64,000 nt of DNA, from positions 224,001-288,000 of the forward strand of contig CAVYSY010000021.1 in NCBI GenBank assembly GCA_963771175.1. The letters run 5' to 3'. Numbering within the stretch: position 1 is the first letter of the stretch; each line of letters starts with the position of its first letter. Positions 56,705 through 64,000 of this stretch are shown here, one piece after another. Below the pieces are notes generated by a model, which saw only the letters and a program-made list of their open reading frames with translations, searched no databases and had not been told where the DNA came from. A program made the translations under genes and the position numbers. This DNA is from an uncultured delta proteobacterium. Its GTDB lineage: Bacteria; Myxococcota; Myxococcia; Myxococcales; Myxococcaceae.

Positions 56705-57334
56705 CTATTCGCCTTTCTTCGCCTCGGATTGATCGCGCAGTGCGTCCGCGACGCCGGCCAGCACGCCGCTGGCAAGCAACGCCATGCGGACGCCTGCACC
56801 GCGCATCGTCACCAATCCCGGAGTGGCACGCATGCCGCTGGCAAACTCCCCCACCACGTTTGCGACACGGGCACTCGCTTCCACGCCGATGTTTTGGGCG
56901 TGAACCGCAAGCTCTGTCATTTCGCGGCGCAGGTTGCTGCCACTCATCGCCTCGGTGATGCGTTTCGCGGCAGCCTCGCAGTCCTCCTCCAACTTCCTCA
57001 GACAGACGAGCGCTTCCTTGAGGTCGTTGTCAGTGAAGTCCTTTCCCCGCGACGCGAGCTGTTGGAGAGCGTTGTGCGTCGCGCTGGCCGATTTCATGAG
57101 TGCATCATCAAGCTCTCTCGCGGCATCGGCGAGCAGTTCTTCGGCGTCCGCGCCCCTGACGCCCGTTTTGTCTGGCGTTCGACCGATCACTGTGCGGACA
57201 ACGTCTCTGACGGCCTCGGGGTCGAGCCGGCCCTGCTGCAGAACCTGGCTCGTCAGCCCTTTAACCCGTTGTCGGATCGCTTCGTCTTCGGTGACGGGAG
57301 GCACGGGGTCCGTCGAAGTGGTCGGCTCGGACAT
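56705..57334 (-). CDS. Helical hypothetical protein co-transcribed with the ABC1 kinase
   Basis: GGAG RBS before ATG 57334; C-terminal LASGVLAGVADAL. Confidence 0.7.
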   Translation of the reverse strand: MSEPTTSTDPVPPVTEDEAIRQRVKGLTSQVLQQGRLDPEAVRDVVRTVIGRTPDKTGVRGADAEELLADAARELDDALMKSASATHNALQQLASRGKDFTDNDLKEALVCLRKLEEDCEAAAKRITEAMSGSNLRREMTELAVHAQNIGVEASARVANVVGEFASGMRATPGLVTMRGAGVRMALLASGVLAGVADALRDQSEAKKGE

Positions 57335-57687
57335 GTGAAACTCCATGGCTGGTAGTGGTCGAAAGTCTAGCGGGTTTTCCGGCCGGCCGAAAGGCGAGCC
57401 CCGAAATTTTGGCTCTAGGACCTTTCCCCCCACCGGGGCGGATCGTTCCATCGGTCAAAGGACGATACCCGCCCCCTGGCAGCGGCGCGGAGCGCAACAA
57501 GAGGGTTTTAAGGTCGACGCCACACAGGGATGGTCAGTCTTCTGCAGTTATACGCCGGCAGTGCCCGTGAGGGTTGCCAGATCCGTCGTGGCGAGGTTCG
57601 CCACCCTTCCTGCACACTAGCTTCGACCGGTGCTATGATCAGGACGTCTCAACAGCGCTTGCCCACTTCTGACCGCTGGAGGCTCTT

Positions 57688-58659
57688 ATGCGTCCTGTTC
57701 TGTACGTGCTCGCCGCCCTGTTGTCCTTGATTCCGACTTTAGCCAATTCCCAAGAGTCGAAATACTACGACGTGCCAAAGGGCGACTTTCCGCATGACGT
57801 CGCTGTCGGCCCAGGCGGCGAGGTCTGGTACGCCGGACAGAAACTCGGCATTGCCGGTCGCCTTGATCCCGCCAGCGGTCAAGTCGAACGCATTCCGCTC
57901 GGTAAGAATTCCGCGCCCCATGGTGTCATCATCGGGCCGGACGGAGCGCCGTGGTTCACCGATGGTGGACAAAACGCTGTCGTGCGCGTGGACCCCGCCA
58001 CGAAAGAGGTCAAGGTCTGGCCGCTGCCACCCGAGAGCATGCCCTACACCAATCTCAACACCGCTGCCTTCGATGGCAAGGGCCGCATCTGGTTCACCGG
58101 ACAGAACGGGATCTACGGCCGCCTCGATCCCAAGTCGGGTGACATGAAGGTGTGGGACGCGCCCAGGGGTCGAGGGCCGTACGGAATCACCGGTACCCCC
58201 AGCGGTGATATTTGGTTCGTGTCGCTTGCCGGTAGCTATCTCGCCAATGTCGATCTCGAGACCGGCGCCCCGACGGTCTATGAACCACCGACTAAGGACC
58301 AGGGCGCACGCCGCGTCTGGTCTGATTCCAAAGGACGGCTGTGGATCAGTGAGTGGAACTCGGGAAACGTCAGCGTCTACGATCCGGTGGCCAAGAGCTG
58401 GAAGCAATGGAAGTTGCCCGGCGAGAAGCCGCGCACCTACGCCGTGTGGGTCGATCCCGACGATAAGGTCTGGCTCGCCGACTGGGCTGCTAATGCCATC
58501 TTACGGTTCGATCCCGAGACCGAGAAATTCGAGAGCTTTCCCAGCGATCGCCCTAATTCCAATGTGCGCCAAATGCTCGGCCGCAAGGGCGAGACGTGGA
58601 TTGCCGAGTCAGGCACGGAACGCATTCGTGTGATTCGCTACCCCACGAAGATCAATTGA
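57688..58659 (+). CDS. Vgb (virginiamycin B lyase-like) beta-propeller protein, secreted
   Basis: Signal peptide; repeated PH.V..GPDG..WFT blades. Confidence 0.85.
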   Translation: MRPVLYVLAALLSLIPTLANSQESKYYDVPKGDFPHDVAVGPGGEVWYAGQKLGIAGRLDPASGQVERIPLGKNSAPHGVIIGPDGAPWFTDGGQNAVVRVDPATKEVKVWPLPPESMPYTNLNTAAFDGKGRIWFTGQNGIYGRLDPKSGDMKVWDAPRGRGPYGITGTPSGDIWFVSLAGSYLANVDLETGAPTVYEPPTKDQGARRVWSDSKGRLWISEWNSGNVSVYDPVAKSWKQWKLPGEKPRTYAVWVDPDDKVWLADWAANAILRFDPETEKFESFPSDRPNSNVRQMLGRKGETWIAESGTERIRVIRYPTKIN

Positions 58660-58739
58660 CACAGCGCGTGGCCAGGGTGACAGCGGTGTGTCTGCGAGCG
58701 CCCGCGAGGGCACTGATAGCTATGGTCCAGTCGATCCGC

Positions 58740-58965
58740 CTCAACCAGCTATGGCTTGGCATCGAGCGTCTGGACCAAAGACATCAGTAAGGCGCACAAG
58801 CTTGCCGGGATGATCCGTTCGGGTGCAGTATGGGTGAACTGTCACAACGTGTTCGACGCTTCTCTCCCATTCGGCGGTTACAAGCAATCCGGGTGGGGCC
58901 GCGAAATGGGCGGTGAAGTGTTGAGAAACTACCCGGATCACGAGGCCGTGACCGTAAAACTCTGA
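58740..58965 (+). pseudogene. Aldehyde dehydrogenase 3' remnant
   Basis: YGLASSVWTKD...VWVN...LPFGGYKQSGWGREMG; no N-terminal part. Confidence 0.85.
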
Positions 58966-59049
58966 TTGCTTCCAGCAGCGAGATTGGCGAACGGCACTTT
59001 TGCCGCTCGTCGTGCAATGACGTCAGTTCATCGAAGAAGGGCAGCCGCC

Positions 59050-60564
59050 ATGAACCTCGAACAGGCCAAGAGCTTGAAGAAGCGGGATTTTCACGAGTAT
59101 GCCGACAAGCTGAAATACGAAACCCGCAATTTCATCGATGGCAAATTCGTCGCCGCCAAATCCGGCCGGAAATTCGAATGCGTCAACCCGGCAACCGGCC
59201 AGACCTTTTGCGAGGTGGCACGGAGCAATGCCGATGATGTCGACGCCGCGGTAAAGGCCGCACGTAAGGCTTTTCGCAGCGGTGTGTGGTCGCGCATGGC
59301 GCCGCGTGATCGGATGGACGTGCTGTACCGCTTCGCCGAGCTCATCAAGGCCAATGCCTTGCAGTTTGCTCTGCTCGACGTGCTGAATATGGGCAAGCCG
59401 GTCTCGGACATGCTGAATTCCGACGTTCCCGGTTCCGCCCTCACCTTCCAGTTCTTCGCCGAGACAATCGACAAGATCAGCGGCGACGTCACCAACACGG
59501 CCAATAGCGAATTCCAGATGATCCTGCGCCAGCCGCTGGGCGTCGTGGGCTGCATCGTCCCGTGGAACTATCCCTTGATGATGGCGGCGTGGAAAGTCGC
59601 GCCGGCTCTTGCCGCCGGAAACACGGTCGTGCTGAAGCCGGCCGAGCAATCGCCGCTGTCGGCCAATCTGATGGCCAAGCTGTTCATGGAGGCGGGTGGT
59701 CCGGCCGGCGTGTTCAATGTCGTGCAAGGCCTCGGCGAGGAGGTCGGCAAGGCGCTGGCGCTGCATATGGACGTCGACAAGATCGGCTTCACCGGCTCGG
59801 TCGAGGTCGGCAAGCTGATGCTGATCTATGCCGGTGAGTCGAACATGAAGCGGGTGACCACCGAATGCGGCGGCAAGACCCCGCAGATCGTCATGAGCGA
59901 CGCGCCCGATCTCGAAACCGCGGCGCAATATGCGATCAACGGCATCTATGGCAATCAGGGTGAGGTCTGCAATGCCGGCTCGCGCATCATGGTGCAGAAG
60001 AAGATCCACGACTCCTTCGTCGATCTCTTCCTGAAGAAGAGCGCCAAGCTGTTCCAGCCTGGCGACCCGCTTGATCCGGCAACGACGATGGGCCCGCTGG
60101 TCACCCGCAGCCAGCAGGATCGCGTGCTCGGCTATATCGAGGCCGGCAAGAAGGAAGGCGCCAAGCTGGTCAAAGGCGGCGGCGTGCCGACAGGTCTCGA
60201 AAAAGGCTGCTATGTCGAGCCGACGCTGTTCACCAATGTCGACAACAACATGAAGATTGCCCAGGAGGAAATCTTCGGCCCGGTCGGCGCTGTCCTCACC
60301 TTCAGCGATATCGACGATGCCATCACCAAGGCCAATGACTCGATCTATGGCCTCGCTGCAAGCATCTGGACCAAGGACCTCGATACCGCGATCCGCGCCG
60401 GGCGCGATCTCGAGGCCGGCATTGTCTGGATCAATTGCTTCGACCATGGCGACATGACCCAGCCCTGGGGCGGCTATAAGCAGAGTGGCTCCGGGCGCGA
60501 CAAGTGCCTTGAGGCAATGAGCCAGCACACTCAGACGAAATCGGTGTGGATCCATCTGGGATGA
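59050..60564 (+). CDS. Aldehyde dehydrogenase (PuuC-like)
   Basis: PWNYPL, LKPAEQSP, FTGS, ECGGK, NQGEVCNAG, EEIFGP. Confidence 0.95.
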   Translation: MNLEQAKSLKKRDFHEYADKLKYETRNFIDGKFVAAKSGRKFECVNPATGQTFCEVARSNADDVDAAVKAARKAFRSGVWSRMAPRDRMDVLYRFAELIKANALQFALLDVLNMGKPVSDMLNSDVPGSALTFQFFAETIDKISGDVTNTANSEFQMILRQPLGVVGCIVPWNYPLMMAAWKVAPALAAGNTVVLKPAEQSPLSANLMAKLFMEAGGPAGVFNVVQGLGEEVGKALALHMDVDKIGFTGSVEVGKLMLIYAGESNMKRVTTECGGKTPQIVMSDAPDLETAAQYAINGIYGNQGEVCNAGSRIMVQKKIHDSFVDLFLKKSAKLFQPGDPLDPATTMGPLVTRSQQDRVLGYIEAGKKEGAKLVKGGGVPTGLEKGCYVEPTLFTNVDNNMKIAQEEIFGPVGAVLTFSDIDDAITKANDSIYGLAASIWTKDLDTAIRAGRDLEAGIVWINCFDHGDMTQPWGGYKQSGSGRDKCLEAMSQHTQTKSVWIHLG

Positions 60565-60589
60565 TGATCGCCAACGCATATCCGAGCCG

Positions 60590-61408
60590 ATGAGCGCGTT
60601 CTCCGAGGGAAATATAGCCGTCGTCACCGGTGCCGCGAGCGGCATCGGCTTGGCGGCGGCACGGCGGCTGGCGGGCATGGGTCTTATCGTCTGCATGGTC
60701 GATCGCAGCGAAGCAGCCCTCGTCGCTGCAGCGAAGGAGATTGGCAGCAATGCGACACCGTTTGTGGTCGACGTCGCTGACCCGGCAGCAATGCATCGCC
60801 TGGCGACGGAAGTCGCCGATCGGTTCGGCCCCGTTTCGATTTTGATGAACAATGCCGGCATCGGCGGCGGCGGTGATGCATTGTCGAATCCGGATGGCTG
60901 GACCCGGGTGCTGGACGTCAATCTGTTCGGGGTGCTCCATGGCGTCCAGGCCTTCGTGCCGGCAATGGTAGCGAGCGACCGGCCGGGCATTGTCGTCAAT
61001 ACCGGATCGAAGCAGGGCATTACGCAGCCGCCCGGCGACACGGCCTATAACGTCAGCAAGGCCGCGGTGAAGGCTCTGACCGAAGGGCTTGCCCACACGT
61101 TACGGCAGCAGACCAAAGGCCGCGTGACTGCGCATCTTCTCATACCCGGCTTCACCTTCACCGGTTTGACACGGGCAACCCAAAAGCCGCCCGGCGCGTG
61201 GTCGCCCGAGCAAGTGATCGACTTCATGTTCGATCATATCGCCGCCGGCGACTTCTATCTCCTCTGTCCCGACAACGAAACCACCCGGGCGATGGATGAG
61301 AGGCGGATCGCCTGGGCCGTCGGCGACCTCATCGAGAATCGGCCGGCCTTGTCTCGCTGGCATCCGAAGTGGCAGGAGGCTTTCGCAAAGCACATGCGCG
61401 GCGCTTGA
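60590..61408 (+). CDS. Short-chain dehydrogenase/reductase
   Basis: TGAASGIG, NNAG, YNVSK. Confidence 0.9.
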   Translation: MSAFSEGNIAVVTGAASGIGLAAARRLAGMGLIVCMVDRSEAALVAAAKEIGSNATPFVVDVADPAAMHRLATEVADRFGPVSILMNNAGIGGGGDALSNPDGWTRVLDVNLFGVLHGVQAFVPAMVASDRPGIVVNTGSKQGITQPPGDTAYNVSKAAVKALTEGLAHTLRQQTKGRVTAHLLIPGFTFTGLTRATQKPPGAWSPEQVIDFMFDHIAAGDFYLLCPDNETTRAMDERRIAWAVGDLIENRPALSRWHPKWQEAFAKHMRGA

Positions 61409-61422
61409 AGCTGCTAGCCCAA

Positions 61423-62062
61423 CCGCGACGCATCGTTCCATCGAGGCGAGGACGATGGGGGTGGGTTAACTTGGTCGAAGCCGGGTGCAAAATTTGTTGT
61501 CTCAGGCTCTCACCACCCCCACCACCCCCGCCGCGACGCATCGTTCCATCGCCGGCAGGACGAGGAGGGGGGTATAGGACCTGCAGCGATAATTTTTCGA
61601 TTGCCGATGTAGTTAACTCGACACCCCATCGTGGGGGTGGGGGGTCGAGAGCCGAATTTTTTAAGCTGATGTCGAGATGCTTGAGATCGAGATCGATAAA
61701 CCGACCCCCATCGTCCTTTCACCGGAGTCCCGTTTCCTGCCCGGCGGGGGGTAGAGGACCTGCAGTGATAATTTTTCGATGCCGATCCCGTTAACTCGAT
61801 ACCCCATCGTCCTCAGCCGGAGTCCCGTTTCCTCGCGGCGCGGGGTGATAGGAGCCGCGACCGAAATTTTTTCTTTCGATCTTCAGGGCAGGGCGTTAAC
61901 CCCCATCGTCCTTTCGCCGGAGTCCCGTTCCTTCGGCCGGCGGGGTGATAGGAGCCGCGACCGAAATTTTTTCATTCAATGTCGAGATGATCGAAGCTTC
62001 AGGCTTTACCCCATCGTCCTTTCGTCGGAGTCCCGTTCCTCCGGCCGCGGGGGGATAGGAGG
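61423..62062 (+). repeat. Degenerate tandem array with ~100-bp period
   Basis: Core ACCCCATCGTCCTTTCGCCGGAGTCCCGTTCC...GGGG(T)GATAGGAG starts at 61704, 61801, 61899 and 62008; further partial copies at 61423-61632. Confidence 0.9.
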
Positions 62063-62065
62063 TCC

Positions 62066-62203
62066 ATGCCGATCCTGGACGAGCTGATCACCAAACGCCT
62101 GGAGATGGACGCGGTGTTCCTTGCCATGGAAGACGCGGTCGAGGAATGGCTGAAGCGCGCCGGCGGCGCAAAGCGGCCGGCTAAGCGGCGCGGCCGGCGC
62201 TGA
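62066..62203 (+). CDS. Small protein (45 aa) with basic C-tail, absent from the ORF track
   Basis: RBS AGGAGG from the last repeat unit; MPILDELITKRLEMDAVFLAMEDAVEEWLKRAGGAKRPAKRRGRR*. Confidence 0.55.
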   Translation: MPILDELITKRLEMDAVFLAMEDAVEEWLKRAGGAKRPAKRRGRR

Positions 62204-63585
62204 GCCCCTTCGTTCCCCGCTCGCCGAGGAGCTGCCAGTAGCGGTTCCAGGCCTTGAGCCCGTCGTCGAGGCGCTGCAGGCGGAAGAACTCGTTGGGGGC
62301 ATGATAGTCCTCGTCGGCGGTCGAGAAGGAGAAGAACACCGTCTCGGCGGCGATGGCGTTGCGGAAGATGAGGCCGATGGGCACCGTAGCGCCCATCCGC
62401 ACCCTGAGCGCGCGCTGGCCATAGACCTCCTCCAGTACTTCTTCGGCCAGCGCCAGGCCCGGATGCTCGTCGGAAATCGCATAGGCCTTCGAGCCGTGGC
62501 CCGCCTTGACCTCCAGGCGCAGGCCGGGCGGGCAATGGCGCTTCAGGTGCTCGGCCACGAGCGCCACGATCTCCTCCGGCTCCTGGTCGGGCACGAGGCG
62601 GCAGCTGATCTTGGCATGGGCCTCGCCCGGGATGACGGTCTTGGTCCCGGGGCCCTGATAGCCGCCCCACAGGCCGTTGAACTCCAAGGTCGGACGCAAC
62701 CATTGCCGCTCGAGCAGGCTATAGCCCGCCTCGCCCCAGCCCGGCTCGGCGCCGATGCCTGTCGAAATAGGCCCGCTCGTCAAAGGGCAGGTTGGCGATC
62801 ATGGCGCGTGCGCTGTTCGAGGGCGGACGGACCCGGTCGTAGAAGCCTTTCACCGCCACGCGGCCCTCGGCGTCGTGCAGCGAGGTCGCGAGCCGCGAAA
62901 TGGCCTGGAGCGGGTTGGCGACGCGCTGCCGCCATGGCGGCCCGGAATGCAGGTCCTTGACCGCGCCGAAGACCGAGAACTCCAGGGTCGCGATGCCGCG
63001 GCTCGCGACCGTGATCGAGGGTTCGTTCGGCGCGCCACATGGCGCCGTCGGCCGAGAGCACGAAATCGGCCTTCAACTCCTCTGCATGGGCGGCGACGAA
63101 TTCCTCGAGATGGGCGCTGCCGCATCTCCTCCTCGCCCTCGATCACGAACTTGACGTTGACCGGCAGGCGTCCCGCCGTCGCCATGTAGGCCTCGGCGAC
63201 CTTGAGCGGGATCAGCATCGGCCCCTTGTCGTCGGAGACGCCGCGGGCATAGAGCCGGCCGTCGCGCACCGTCCGGCTTGAAGGGCGGGCTCTTCCAGCG
63301 CTCCAGCGGATCGGGCGGCTGCACGTCGTAGTGGCCGTAGATCAGGATCGTCGGGGCCCCTGCTGCGCCGGTCCAGGTGCTGGTCACGATCGAATGGCCG
63401 CTGGTCGGATTGATCCTGACATTCTCCAGCCCGGCCTTGCGCATCCGCTCGGCGACCCAGGCCGAACCCCGCGCCATGCCCTCGGCATAGGACGGGTCGG
63501 TGCTGACGCTGGGAATGCTGGCGAACTCGATGAGCTCGCCCAGGATGCGCTCGCGGTTCTCGCGGATGTAGTCGAGAGACTGCAT
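62181..63585 (-). CDS. M20 family dipeptidase, several frameshifts
   Basis: IPSVST, YGHYDVQPP, ARGVSDDKG, EGEEE, SCRLVPDQ, HAPNE. Confidence 0.9.
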
Positions 63586-63586
63586 T

Positions 63587-64000
63587 CTAGGACCTCCCGC
63601 CGTCGACGCTGAGGATCTGGCCGGTGATCCAGCCGGCTAGGTCGGACGCAAAAAACAACACGGCCGCGGCGATGTCGTCGGCGCTGCCGAGCCGTTTCAG
63701 ATCGAGCGAATCCACGAGCTTCTGCTGGCCTTCCGCCCCATAGGATTCCCACTGCCGCTCCGTGGTGGGGTTGGAGCGTACGAAGCCCGGCGCCACATTG
63801 TTGACGGTGATGTTCCAGGGCCCGAGCTCGTGGGCGAGCTGGCGGGTGAGGCCGATCTGCGCCGCCTTGGCAGCTGCGTAGGCCTGGATGCCGGTCAGGC
63901 TGATGCCGCAGGCCCGCGCCGCTGGAGATGTTGACGATCCGCCCGAAGCGCGCCGACTTCATCCCCGGCGCCACCGCCTGGCTGCAATAGAAGGCGCCGG
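63587..64000 (-). CDS. SDR family oxidoreductase, 3' part (runs off window end)
   Basis: GRIVNISS, IQAYAAAK, VAPGFV, WITGQILSVDGG. Confidence 0.85.

Noticed and set aside
57688..58659. Streptogramin resistance gene vgb
   Set aside because: It has a signal peptide and a generic beta-propeller; family membership alone does not support a resistance function.
61704..62062. CRISPR array
   Set aside because: The repeats are too long and degenerate, the linkers share motifs with each other, and no cas genes are present in the window.

Overview
The window looks like two unrelated genomes joined at about position 45,890. Bases 1-45,889 are high-GC myxobacterial (Archangiaceae/Myxococcales-like) DNA. 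They carry a REP-associated HUH (RAYT) transposase, a TonB receptor, a three-gene signalling cluster, a CgeB/TIGR04290-type glycan-modification operon, a TraC-like lipoprotein, a PilZ-domain protein paired with a heme-oxygenase-like diiron enzyme, a VIT/vWA lipoprotein, TyrA, a U32 protein, an amidase and an RND permease. The RND permease is cut off at the junction. Bases 45,890-64,000 are lower-GC alphaproteobacterial-looking DNA: a truncated SLT-SPOR gene, MucR, IS256, LigD-like and dehydrogenase remnants, an aminotransferase, UbiB/ABC1, Vgb, ALDH, SDRs and an M20 peptidase. Many genes contain single-base frameshifts typical of noisy long-read consensus, so pseudogene and fusion calls need caution. 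The best leads for new biology are: (1) a candidate sigma54-driven ~75-nt sRNA with an anti-Shine-Dalgarno loop (42,843-42,917); (2) a PilZ-protein plus diiron-oxidase two-gene operon, possibly c-di-GMP gated (24,385-27,220); (3) a ~100-bp-period repeat array leading into an unannotated 45-aa ORF (61,423-62,203); and (4) a 29-bp RAYT-flanking motif that recurs exactly where a neighbouring gene is truncated. All family assignments come from motif recognition by eye; no database searches were run.
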